DNA of 34,399 nt from Pseudonocardiaceae bacterium (GCA_036502345.1 DASXYT010000400.1:1-34399); one strand, 5' to 3'. Shown: positions 19,278 to 27,627, counted from the stretch's first letter. A program made the numbers and translations. Notes: generated from the letters alone by a model not told the origin.

Positions 19278-20257
19278 TTCGCCTTCAGCACGACCTTGCC
19301 GACGGCCTGGCTGCCCTCCACGATCCGATGCGCGTCGCTCGCCTGCTCCATCGGCAGCGTCTGCCCGATGACCGGCTTGACCTTGCCCGCCTCGATCAGC
19401 GGCCACAGCTGCGCTGTCACGGCAGCGATGATCTCCGCCTTGCTGCCGGGCCCGTCGACGGGCCGGCCACGCAGTCCTGTCGAGCCGACCGATGCCCGCT
19501 TGCCCATCAGCGAACCGATGCTGAGTTCCGCGCGGTTGCCACCCTGCATGCCGACGATCATCAGCCGGCCGCCGATCGCGAGTGCGTCGATGTTGCGGTC
19601 CAAATAGGACGCACCCATGTTGTCCAGGATGACGTCGGCGCCGTTCGTGGCGGCCTTGATCTCCGCGACGAAGTCCTGCTCCCGGTAGTTGATCAGGATG
19701 TCGGCGCCGAGGGCCTTGCAGTGTGCGAGCCGGTCCGCCGAGCCCGCCGTGGTGGCGACCGTGGCGCCCAGTGCCTTGCCGACCTGGATGGCGTGCGTGC
19801 CGATGCCGCCGGCGCCGCCGTGCACGAGCAGTGTGTCGCCGTCGGCCAGGCCGGCCAGCGTGACCATGTTCGACCACACGGTGCACGCCACCTCCGGCAG
19901 TCCGGCCGCGGCCACCAGGTCGACACCCTTCGGCAGCGGCATGAGCTGCGCGGCCGGCACGGCAACGCGCTGCGCGTAGCCACCGCCTGCGAGCAGGGCA
20001 CACACCTGGTCGCCGACCTGCCAGCCGGTGACGCCCGCGCCGAGTTCGGCGATCGTGCCGGAACACTCCAGCCCGAGGATGTCGGACGCGCCGGGCGGCG
20101 GCGGGTAGTGGCCCTGCCGCTGCAACAGGTCGGCCCGGTTCACCGCGCTGGCCGCCACGTCGAGCAGCACCTCGCCGTCACCGGGCGTCGGGTCGGGGAC
20201 TTTCGCCCACGTGAGGACTTCCGGGCCACCGGGTTCGCTGATCGTGATCGCGTACAT
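19274..20257 (-). CDS. qor: NADPH:quinone oxidoreductase (zinc-independent MDR superfamily, Qor-like)
   Basis: The product is 327 aa. The N-terminal MYAITISEPGGPEVL and the Rossmann motif GGAGGIGTHAIQVGKALGA are present, and it ends VVLKAN. The start is the ATG at 20257. The 570-aa track ORF is an upstream artefact. Confidence 0.85.
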   Translation of the reverse strand: MYAITISEPGGPEVLTWAKVPDPTPGDGEVLLDVAASAVNRADLLQRQGHYPPPPGASDILGLECSGTIAELGAGVTGWQVGDQVCALLAGGGYAQRVAVPAAQLMPLPKGVDLVAAAGLPEVACTVWSNMVTLAGLADGDTLLVHGGAGGIGTHAIQVGKALGATVATTAGSADRLAHCKALGADILINYREQDFVAEIKAATNGADVILDNMGASYLDRNIDALAIGGRLMIVGMQGGNRAELSIGSLMGKRASVGSTGLRGRPVDGPGSKAEIIAAVTAQLWPLIEAGKVKPVIGQTLPMEQASDAHRIVEGSQAVGKVVLKAN

Positions 20258-20311
20258 GGAGAGCACGGTAATTCGTTCGCGTGCCGAGGTGCGCGGCGGC
20301 AGCATCGGTAC

Positions 20312-20965
20312 ATGGAAGAGATGCCCGATCCGTGGCCGTTGTGGCAGCTGGAGCTGCGCACCCCGAGACTGACACTCCGCCCGGACGAGGACGTAGGGCT
20401 GGTCGAGCTGATGGCCGAGGCGTGCCGGGGCGTGCACCCGCCGGACGAGATGCCGTTCGGCATCCCGTGGACCGATGCGCCGCCGACCAACATGGTCCGG
20501 GAGGGCATCAAGTACCACTGGGCGAACAGGGTGGCGTGCGTGCCGGCGGACTGGCAGGTGAACTTCCTGGTGCGCCACGAGGGCCGGGTCATCGGTAGCC
20601 AGAGCCTGCGGGCGAAGGACTTCGCGGTGACGAGGAACGTGGACAGCGGTTCCTGGATCGGCCTGCGCCACCAGGGCAAGGGCTTCGGTACCGAGATGCG
20701 CGCGGCGATCCTGATGCTGGCGTTCGACCACCTGGACGCCACGGCCGCCAGATCGTCGGCGTTCCACGACAACCAGCGATCGCACGGCGTGAGCCGCAAA
20801 CTGGGCTACGAGGCCGACGGCACGTACGTCGAGAAGCGCCGAGGCGAGCCGGCCGTGAACGTCCGCCTGGTGGTCACACCGGAGCGGTTCACGAGGTATC
20901 GGCCGGACTGGAAACTGGAGGTCAGCGGCCTGGACAGGGCACTGCCGGTGTTCGGGCTGGCGTAG
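20312..20965 (+). CDS. GNAT-family N-acyltransferase (RimJ/RimL-like)
   Basis: The product is 217 aa starting MEEMPDPWPLWQLELRTPRLTLRP. This is a typical RimJ-like N-terminus, and the acyl-CoA-binding region QGKGFGTEMRAAIL is present. It is divergent from qor with a 54-bp spacer. Confidence 0.8.
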   Translation: MEEMPDPWPLWQLELRTPRLTLRPDEDVGLVELMAEACRGVHPPDEMPFGIPWTDAPPTNMVREGIKYHWANRVACVPADWQVNFLVRHEGRVIGSQSLRAKDFAVTRNVDSGSWIGLRHQGKGFGTEMRAAILMLAFDHLDATAARSSAFHDNQRSHGVSRKLGYEADGTYVEKRRGEPAVNVRLVVTPERFTRYRPDWKLEVSGLDRALPVFGLA

Positions 20966-20970
20966 ACATG

Positions 20971-21004
20971 GATCTGGGTGCGGCATCGAGGCCGCACCCA
21001 GATC
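20971..21004 (+). terminator. 14-bp perfect-stem hairpin (GATCTGGGTGCGGC / loop ATCGAG / GCCGCACCCAGATC), 5 nt after the GNAT stop
   Basis: The inverted repeat is exact and sits directly downstream of the stop at 20963-20965. It lacks a clear T-tract. Confidence 0.5.
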
Positions 21005-21433
21005 AACTCAACGGTTCCGTTGGCGGTGGCGCAATGGGTGGCGTGGAACGCCATCCGGAGGTCAGGAGACGTCCGGGGAGCTGACGTTCAACAGCGTCGA
21101 GTCGCGCGGGAGGGGCGTCGCTGGCGCCTGCGCAACTGGAGAACCGACGGCACACCGCCATTCGCGATCAGTCGACATCGCACCACCTGACCTTCCCGGG
21201 CGGCCGCGTTGGCGAGCTGGTTACCGCTGCTTGGCCGTCCAGTTACCAGAGTGCCCCTGTTAGCCAGGTCACACAACCCAAACAACGCCTCTGAGCTGCG
21301 AAAATCCACTGAACCGGTCCCGAAGAGACCCAGCGTGACCGGTGGTGTGGCACACCGTGTCCGCTGGTGCCCGGGTGAGTGAAGCGGCAACCCTGGCTGA
21401 CCCGCCGAGTAGCCGCCGATAAGCTGACCCCAG

Positions 21434-21518
21434 GGAAGCGTGGCAGAGCGGCCGAATGCATCCGCCTTGAAAGCGGAAGACGGGCAACCGTCCGGGGGTT
21501 CAAATCCCTCCGCTTCCG
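21434..21518 (+). tRNA. tRNA-Ser (anticodon TGA, decodes UCA). It has a long variable arm and no encoded CCA.
   Basis: The sequence folds by hand as follows. Acceptor stem GGAAGCG/CGCTTCC, perfect 7 bp. A 3-bp D-stem. Anticodon stem TCCGC/GCGGA with loop CTTGAAA. A long variable arm AGACGGGCAACCGTCCG. T-stem GGGGG/CCCTC with T-loop TTCAAAT. Discriminator G. Confidence 0.85.
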
Positions 21519-21520
21519 CA
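21465..21520 (+). repeat. 56-bp direct repeat, copy 1. This is the 3' portion of tRNA-Ser, from the anticodon loop through the discriminator plus CA.
   Basis: The sequence CCTTGAAAGCGGAAGACGGGCAACCGTCCGGGGGTTCAAATCCCTCCGCTTCCGCA is repeated exactly at 22687-22742. Confidence 0.85.
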
Positions 21521-21820
21521 GGTCTGGCCAGTAAGAACAGCCGTGGACCTGCCATGGGGCGGGTTCACGGCGTCGTCGATGACCTCACTTCATGACTGCC
21601 ACGTGAAGATGGGAAGGCAGCATGGACGACTCACATTGTCGCCAGGCCCAAGGTTGATTTCGGCGGACTCTGCCTCAGCACCAGCGTTCGACTGACCGGC
21701 ATCTGTAACGATCCGAAGCAACTGTTGGTGGCTGGTCGACCGTCAGCAGCAGCATGGCAGTGGCCCAGTTGCTGTTGAGGACCGAACTGGGTCTTGTTGC
21801 TCTGCAAGAAGAACTTCCAG

Positions 21821-22225
21821 TTACTTGTTGCCGATCAACGTCAAGCCTTCGTGTTCGGCGAAGTCTTCATAGTCTTTCACGTTGCGGGTGGCCAGCGGGA
21901 CATCGTAGGCGAGGCAGCAGGCGGCTATCCAGGAATCGTTCCCGGGGCGTGGGCGGCCTCTGAGCGCGGCGTATGCCGTGATGGTGCCCCAGGTGTGGGC
22001 GACATCCTGGTCGCTGTGCAGGACGTGCTTGCCGACGAGCCATCGAGCCAGCAGTTCCCGGCGATGTGGTCCCCATTGGCGTTGCTCGACCCATCTGGTC
22101 AGTTCGCCCAGCGTGACGAACGTGATGAGCAGCGGCCGACCGGCCAGCAGCCGGGCCATGTCCGCAGGCAGCTTGCGCTTGATGATCAACGACGCTACGT
22201 CGGTGTCCAGTGCAACGGGCTCCAC
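21821..22225 (-). CDS. vapC: PIN-domain ribonuclease toxin VapC
   Basis: The product is 134 aa. The PIN acidic residues are in place (LDTDVAS; E about 42; D about 97 in NDSWIAA; the C-terminal NVKDYEDF). The GTG start lies 2 nt after the vapB stop. Confidence 0.85.
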   Translation of the reverse strand: MEPVALDTDVASLIIKRKLPADMARLLAGRPLLITFVTLGELTRWVEQRQWGPHRRELLARWLVGKHVLHSDQDVAHTWGTITAYAALRGRPRPGNDSWIAACCLAYDVPLATRNVKDYEDFAEHEGLTLIGNK

Positions 22226-22227
22226 GG

Positions 22228-22431
22228 TCAGGCGATATCCGCTCGTCGGGCCGCGTAGGTGACGTCCAGGAACTCATCCAACTCGTCGTCAGACTCGAAG
22301 ATGCCGTCGCCGGCCCAGTCGTCGACCGACCTGATCGGCTGGACACCCTCACGGCGGAGAGCTTCCTCCAACGCCTCTCGCGCACCGGGGCGGGGCACGA
22401 CGTGCCGCGAGTGATCGTCCGCTGCTGTCAT
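22228..22431 (-). CDS. vapB: VapB-type antitoxin (67 aa)
   Basis: The ATG at 22431 is preceded by AAGGAGG with 7-nt spacing. The small acidic C-terminus is typical of antitoxins. It is translationally coupled to vapC. The longer ORF reaching 22476 lacks an SD. Confidence 0.75.
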   Translation of the reverse strand: MTAADDHSRHVVPRPGAREALEEALRREGVQPIRSVDDWAGDGIFESDDELDEFLDVTYAARRADIA

Positions 22432-22686
22432 GTCGCACCTCCTTGGCCGGGCTGGTCGCCAACCAAGGTTGGCCAACCTGCTTGGTCAGTGTCTCATGAT
22501 CCCGCCTTGCAGGCGATCAGCGCGACTCCCCGGTCGCGGTAGGCACTACCGGGCGAAGGCCCGGTCTCAATGCTGGTCTCATTGGTCTTGCGTTCGCCGG
22601 GGTGCAAAAATGTCCAGCCGTCGCATTGTGCCTGGTAGAAGCCGTGGTTGGACCTTCTCGAACCCCGTTGAACCCCGATGCGAAGA

Positions 22687-22742
22687 CCTTGAAAGCGGAA
22701 GACGGGCAACCGTCCGGGGGTTCAAATCCCTCCGCTTCCGCA
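22687..22742 (+). repeat. 56-bp direct repeat, copy 2 (partial tRNA-Ser 3' half; attR-like)
   Basis: It is identical to 21465-21520. The flanking bases diverge immediately outside the repeat on both sides. Confidence 0.85.
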
Positions 22743-22786
22743 AACGAACTGTGACCGGCGTGAACGTCTTCAACGAGGTCGACGTC

Positions 22787-24727
22787 TCAGGGTTTGCCGA
22801 TTGCTCGCAGGATCCTGAGACCGTCGTGACCGCTGCCAGCCTTTCGGGCTGCATCAGCCACTGTCCGATCCGGATGCTCGGTGGAGATCACTTCGAGCAT
22901 GCCGGCACGATCGGGATGGTCTGTGCCGGCCAGCGCGCGGACAAAGCCGATCTGGTCCTCGACCGGATACGTCGTCAGATCTGCGATCAACACGTCGTGT
23001 TCGTGCAACGCGGCGAAGTTGTCCGCCAACGACAGGGTGAGCTCCTGCTCGCTCGCATCGCTCCTGTCGAGGACGGAGTCCTGGATCAGCCAGGTGGTCG
23101 CGACCGCGCCGGCCAGGCCACCTGCGGAGCGCAGCCGCTGTACCTGTGCCACCCCCGCCGCGCCGGTGTGCGCCAATCCGTTCATCGCTACCAGGCGTGC
23201 CCAGGACGAGGACGTGTTGACACAGAACGCGGCCAGTTCGGCGGCGGCGGTGTCCGCACCCCGCACCGCAACCCACGCGATCAATACCGCATCGGTCACC
23301 TCGGCAGTCGCGTACTCCAGCGAACCGCACATCACGTCGACCGGCTCGCGGGCCAGATCCTCGATCAGCGGGACGTCGAACCCTTCCCCGCGCAGTGCAT
23401 CCCGCACGCCCCACAGGCCAAGCGGGGTCAGCCGCACGAGGGTCAGGTCGGGCTCATCGTTGCCGGACAGCTCGATCAGCTTGTCCCGCTCCGCGGGGTC
23501 GGTGGACGTGGTCAGGTCGACGGCCCCCAACAGCTCCATCGCGGTCAGCACCGCGGCCAGGTCGCGTCGCCACAGCAGTTCCCGAGCATCGACGATCAGG
23601 CTGCCCACGCTGGGAGCGACCGGTTCGACCAGAGCGTCCCGGATGATCTCGACCAGCAGCTCTACCGGCACCGGTGTGCCGCCAGCGGTATAGAGGCTCA
23701 GCCACAGCGCAGGCGCCACCTCCGGTAGCAATTGACCCAGCAGTGCTGGGGCCTCGTAGTAGCTGGTCGGAACGCACACCACTGGACCCAGCTCGGGGAA
23801 CGCGTCGAACGCCCGCTGCCATAGTTCGAGTGGGCGGTCCAGCAACCCGGCCGAGCTCCTGATGCCGATCAGCTTGCCCTTGACCACTCGCACCAGGTGG
23901 GCCGCCTTGGCCCATTCCACCAGCAGACTGACCTCGGGCAGGTCCGCGCTGCTGCGCGCCCGGGCCAGGTAGGGATGATCCACCTTCAGCAGCCCGGCCA
24001 GGTCCTTCGCGTCGGCCACCCGCAGCCGTTTGGTCGAGGTGAGCGTGCGGCCGGTACCCACCCAGATCACGAGCGCGCGCAGCCGGGTGACCAGGGGCGC
24101 GGATGTGGCCAGCGTGATCAGTTCCTCGGTTCCGGGGAGCGACACGGGCGGCAGCAGCCGATCCCCGTCGTCCTCGAAGTCGAAAGCCCCGATCTCCTCG
24201 TCGAACGAGCCACGCCGCATGATCTCGGCCAACACGTTCTGGTCGTAGTCGATCTCGCCGGTCTGGGCCATTGCCAGAAAGCGCCGCACCTGAGTCTCGT
24301 CCTCTGCGTCGACTCCGTTCTCGATCATTCTGGTTGCCCAGAACTTGGCCACACCGTAATTGCGTTCATCGGTCATGGCGGCCAGGAAAGCCGCCGTGTT
24401 CCGGTCGATCTCGGCGTGCAGCGCCGCCACGTCATGGGACCGCGTGGGGTGTCGGTCGGCCAGGAAGTCGATCCAGCCGTGCAGCGTGGGGATCACACCG
24501 GGGCGTTCGGATTCGGGAATGGTGACCTTGCGGGGGAACAGTTCGACCATGAGTTCGTGGAGGTCGTGGGCTGTCCACGGAACGCATTCCATCAGGTCCA
24601 GGGCTGTTTCGATGACGAACAGGTCCACATCGAGCCCGTGATCGTCGGTCCATGAGGCGAACTCAGTCATCAAGTCCTCGGGCGAGGTGTCGAGCCGGTG
24701 ATGTCCATCGTGGTGGTCAGCCATCAT
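22787..24727 (-). CDS. Hypothetical protein (about 646 aa) with an acidic His-rich N-terminus. I do not recognise a function.
   Basis: The long ORF has a protein-like amino-acid composition and no S/R/A skew. The start is taken at the ATG-ATG at 24727/24724 (MMADHHDGHH...). It lies in the lower-GC accessory segment. Confidence 0.7.
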   Translation of the reverse strand: MMADHHDGHHRLDTSPEDLMTEFASWTDDHGLDVDLFVIETALDLMECVPWTAHDLHELMVELFPRKVTIPESERPGVIPTLHGWIDFLADRHPTRSHDVAALHAEIDRNTAAFLAAMTDERNYGVAKFWATRMIENGVDAEDETQVRRFLAMAQTGEIDYDQNVLAEIMRRGSFDEEIGAFDFEDDGDRLLPPVSLPGTEELITLATSAPLVTRLRALVIWVGTGRTLTSTKRLRVADAKDLAGLLKVDHPYLARARSSADLPEVSLLVEWAKAAHLVRVVKGKLIGIRSSAGLLDRPLELWQRAFDAFPELGPVVCVPTSYYEAPALLGQLLPEVAPALWLSLYTAGGTPVPVELLVEIIRDALVEPVAPSVGSLIVDARELLWRRDLAAVLTAMELLGAVDLTTSTDPAERDKLIELSGNDEPDLTLVRLTPLGLWGVRDALRGEGFDVPLIEDLAREPVDVMCGSLEYATAEVTDAVLIAWVAVRGADTAAAELAAFCVNTSSSWARLVAMNGLAHTGAAGVAQVQRLRSAGGLAGAVATTWLIQDSVLDRSDASEQELTLSLADNFAALHEHDVLIADLTTYPVEDQIGFVRALAGTDHPDRAGMLEVISTEHPDRTVADAARKAGSGHDGLRILRAIGKP

Positions 24728-24890
24728 CTGACCACTATCGTGGTTCGGTCGATGCGGTCCGCGCAGACCCCCTCTCGGCGCGGTCCGACACAATTGCGAG
24801 ACGGGCCGGACCAGGCCGAACGAGACTCCTGGCGGTGACTACTGGGAACAAACGTGGCCAGTACTATCACTGTTGTGTACGATTGTTCCC

Positions 24891-25469
24891 GTGGTGGAGA
24901 GGCTGGATCAGTTGCCGGCGACCTTCAGCTACCGGGAAGCGCGCGAGCGGGGTGTGTCCAAGCGTCAGTTGTACCGGTGGCGTGACGACGGTGCGATCGA
25001 AGTGCTGAGCCGTGGCCTGTACCGGCGAATGAACGCCTCGCTGGTGGACACAGACCTGATCGAGATCGCCCATCGCGCGCCCGAGTCGACCTTGTGCCTG
25101 ACATCGGCGCTGGTCCGGCACGGCTTGAGTGACGCGATCCCGGCGGCACACGATGTGGCGATACCGAGAGGACGCCGTCCCCCCGTCGTGTCGGCGCCGG
25201 TGACCTGGCACCGGTTCGATCCCGACACCTTCGGTGTCGGCCGCGAGGCGCTGCCGTTGGACGAGCAAGTCACGATCGGCCTGTACAGCGCTGCCCGCGC
25301 GATCGTGGACGCATTCCGACTGTCTGGCCAGCACGGCTATGACGTGGCGTACGAGGCGCTACGTCGTTGGGTGCGCGCTGATGGGACGCCTGCAGACCTG
25401 TTGGAAGTCGCGTCGCACTTCCCTCGAACGATTCCCCGTCTGCGGACCGCCCTGGAGATCCTGCTGTGA
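24891..25469 (+). CDS. AbiEi-like (type IV TA antitoxin / transcriptional regulator family) protein
   Basis: The N-terminal domain (LPATFSYREARERGVSKRQLYRWRDDGAIEVLSRGLYRR) matches the AbiEi_4 pattern, which has an L-P-x-x-F region followed by G-x-Y-R. Start candidates are the GTG at 24891 or the TTG at 24873. Its stop overlaps a downstream ATG as ATGA, as is typical of abiEi-abiEii pairs. Confidence 0.65.
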   Translation: MVERLDQLPATFSYREARERGVSKRQLYRWRDDGAIEVLSRGLYRRMNASLVDTDLIEIAHRAPESTLCLTSALVRHGLSDAIPAAHDVAIPRGRRPPVVSAPVTWHRFDPDTFGVGREALPLDEQVTIGLYSAARAIVDAFRLSGQHGYDVAYEALRRWVRADGTPADLLEVASHFPRTIPRLRTALEILL

Positions 25470-25656
25470 CCGACAATCGCCCCACCGGCAGGGCCTTCTG
25501 GAACCACGTTGCGCCGATGGCAGCGTGGCGACGCAAACAGAAGCTCGACATCGTCCTACCCGAGCAGTTCCGGGACATCCTGGCTGCCGTCCGGGCTATG
25601 GTGCTGAAGATCAAGACCAGTGCGCACCACTCTCTCGGCGAACCCGCTGCTGGTCG
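25466..25656 (+). pseudogene. Possible remnant of the AbiEi partner (toxin) gene. Only about 60 codons remain before the ORF runs antisense into the next gene.
   Basis: The ATGA overlap with the AbiEi stop is present. The first roughly 60 residues look protein-like (MTDNRPTGRAFWNHVAPMAAWRRKQKLDIVLPEQFRDILAAVRAM...). Beyond about 25650 the frame becomes Ser/Ala/Arg-rich, which is an antisense artefact, and it overlaps the convincing minus-strand gene 25657-26862. No nucleotidyltransferase (KGG) motif is seen. Confidence 0.25.
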
Positions 25657-26862
25657 TCAGGATGGTGTCGGGGCTGCGTCCGTGACCTGGCCGACGAGTT
25701 CCGAGGGCAGACCGGCTCTCTCGGCGAGCCACAGGGCCCACTCCGCGAACATCGACTTGACGGCAAGTGTCGCCGGGTGGTCCGGAATCCAGTCGCCGTC
25801 GATCAGTTCGGTGTGGAACTCGACACGGTGTGGCGAGATCAGATACCGAGTCTCGGGCAGAGTGCCTTCCAGCCATTCTTCGGCGAGCGCTTCGACGGTC
25901 TCCTGCTCGGGCGGCGTGTCGTGGCGGTCGGCGTACCAGGAGGAGAACTCCGTCACCATCGGTTCGGCGTCCAGGTCGTGGTACAGCGACTCGGGATCCG
26001 GCCAGAGCCGAGGCGACTTGCGGAGCGCGTGCGCGATGTCGTGGACGCACCGGTTCGCCCTGAACCAGTTGTCGAGCACATCGCGAGCTTCGTCGCCGTT
26101 GACCATGTCGCTGCCGATGTCGCACTGGGCGAGGCAACTGAGCTGCTCGCCGGTGTGCACCTCGACCGGCTCGGCGCCGGCCGCCTGGTCACCGACCAAT
26201 GTCCGCCAGGCCGCGGCCGCCTGCGGCAGGTCGTCATAGGCTCCCGCGTGGGTCAGCGTGATGAATCCGCATGCGTCGATATCGAACAGGAACGCTGACG
26301 GATTGGCACCGTGCGGGTAGGACATGGCCGCCAGCACGGCGAGCCGTGTGCCGTACGCGTCCTGCATCCGCCAGACTTCGCCGGTCGCCTTGACCAGGTG
26401 CGACGACGCCAGCCAGCGTGGCTGCCGCGCGAACGCGGGTCGTCGCCTGGCGACCTTCAGCAGGCCGTTGATCTGATGGCGGGCGAACGACCGCAGTGCC
26501 GGGGAGCCGATCGCGGCCAGGCCGTGCAACAGCAGCCAGTCGCCTGTCAGATCGTCCGCGTCCCGGACGCGGTCGGCGGCGGCCACCGTCAGTTCTTCGA
26601 ACAACCAGTTGAACCGCAGGTCGCGTCCTACGTCGTGGATGGCCCGATGCATCTGCTCGCCCAGCAGTTCGCAGGTGGCCTGTTCCAACTCGCGCGGACC
26701 AGCCGCCTTACTGAGCGCATCCGTGTTGTCGAGGACGGCCGCGATGGACCCGGCGAACCAGGACGGCCGCTCGCGAACGGCTGCCGGCTCGTGGTCGATC
26801 CATTCGGAGCTCGACCGCCGCACATTGTGCTTCTTCTTGCGAACCTTCGACGCGGGCGACAT
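25657..26862 (-). CDS. Hypothetical protein (401 aa), function unknown
   Basis: The long ORF has a balanced composition and a Lys-rich N-terminus (MSPASKVRKKKHNVRRSS). Its C-terminal region shares a short TEF(A/S)SW..D.H motif with the N-terminus of the 646-aa protein. Confidence 0.65.
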   Translation of the reverse strand: MSPASKVRKKKHNVRRSSSEWIDHEPAAVRERPSWFAGSIAAVLDNTDALSKAAGPRELEQATCELLGEQMHRAIHDVGRDLRFNWLFEELTVAAADRVRDADDLTGDWLLLHGLAAIGSPALRSFARHQINGLLKVARRRPAFARQPRWLASSHLVKATGEVWRMQDAYGTRLAVLAAMSYPHGANPSAFLFDIDACGFITLTHAGAYDDLPQAAAAWRTLVGDQAAGAEPVEVHTGEQLSCLAQCDIGSDMVNGDEARDVLDNWFRANRCVHDIAHALRKSPRLWPDPESLYHDLDAEPMVTEFSSWYADRHDTPPEQETVEALAEEWLEGTLPETRYLISPHRVEFHTELIDGDWIPDHPATLAVKSMFAEWALWLAERAGLPSELVGQVTDAAPTPS

Positions 26863-27429
26863 CTGCCGATGTTATGACAAGGGTAGGACTTGGGTATGGA
26901 CCAGGACGAACTCCGGCGACGTTTCGCCGCGCTGACCACCGCCCACCTGGCCGACGGATCGCGGGCCATATGTGCCCGGCCCGGCATTTCAGCCTGGGCA
27001 CGATCCCCACCGGCCCACTGCACCTCGGCACCGCCCCGACGATGCGCTGGAGTCCGCCACCGTCGGCGAGTGGACGGTCGGACAGGCCGACCAGATCCGC
27101 TCCGGTGGGTCCCTACGCGACCAGGTCCGGTTCGACGCCTACCTCGCCGCCCGCCAACAGAAACCATCACTCAGCTTCCGCGACCACCTGCGAACCGTAC
27201 GCGGCGAGATCGAGGTCTGACGCCTCAGCTCCAGTCCCTGGGCTGCGCCATGCGGGTTCCGGCGACCACGTTTACCGCGGTTGTAGCAGTACGAGATGAG
27301 CGCAATATCGTCATACGTGAGCGCTGACCTGTGAGACAATGAGACCTGCTCAATTAACTGCTGTCGAAGTGTGGGCGGAGCGCAGTCTTGCTAACTACCG
27401 CCCGTAGGGAGCTGGATAGGACCGGAGGT

Positions 27430-27627
27430 ATGAATCATGCCCTGCGGTACTTCGCGCCGCCCATGAAGGACGCAGCGCCCGGTAGCTTCACGGCGCGTGA
27501 AGCGTATATATTTCGATGCCCCAAATGTACTCGCACGCCGCAGATCAAACTAGATCGATGGTGGCGCTTTCTTGACGAAAGCGTCCGTGTGGGCTTGGAC
27601 GTCGTCGACATATCCTTGCTACCCTGA
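27430..27627 (+). CDS. Small ORF (65 aa) with a CPKC motif, in the low-GC spacer
   Basis: The ATG at 27430 directly follows GGAGGT (MNHALRYFAPPMKDAAPGSFTAREAYIFRCPKCTRTPQIKLDRWW...). The local GC content is about 55-60%. Confidence 0.35.
   Translation: MNHALRYFAPPMKDAAPGSFTAREAYIFRCPKCTRTPQIKLDRWWRFLDESVRVGLDVVDISLLP

Larger units (their letters stand above)
21521..22686. mobile_element. Roughly 1.2-kb tRNA-Ser-associated islet bounded by the 56-bp direct repeats (att-like). It carries only vapBC and no integrase, so it is probably a decayed integrative element.
   Basis: This is the classic integration signature: the complete tRNA on one side and a duplicated tRNA 3' segment on the other. 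The interval has lower GC, with an AT-rich stretch around 21790-21830. No recombinase ORF is present. Confidence 0.5.

Noticed and set aside
19014-20986. 350-aa and 570-aa minus-strand ORFs and a 545-aa plus-strand ORF spanning the qor/GNAT region
   Set aside because: These are track artefacts from open frames in GC-rich DNA. The real genes are the 327-aa Qor (start 20257) and the 217-aa GNAT (start 20312), identified by motifs.
21434-21518. Considered whether the tRNA could be tRNA-Leu or tRNA-Sec, since it has a long variable arm
   Set aside because: The anticodon loop CTTGAAA gives anticodon TGA, which is Ser (UCA). The 3-bp D-stem and 7-bp acceptor fit class-II tRNA-Ser. The 8-bp acceptor and other features expected of Sec are absent.
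22430-23728. 432-aa plus-strand ORF crossing the second tRNA repeat into the 646-aa gene region
   Set aside because: It runs antisense to the 646-aa protein and through the repeat, and its composition is R/G/Q-rich. It is not coding.
25466-26239. 257-aa plus-strand ORF following the AbiEi gene, considered as a full-length AbiEii toxin
   Set aside because: It is protein-like only for about 60 residues and then becomes a Ser/Ala-rich antisense reading of the 401-aa minus-strand gene. No nucleotidyltransferase motif is present. I kept it only as a low-confidence remnant.
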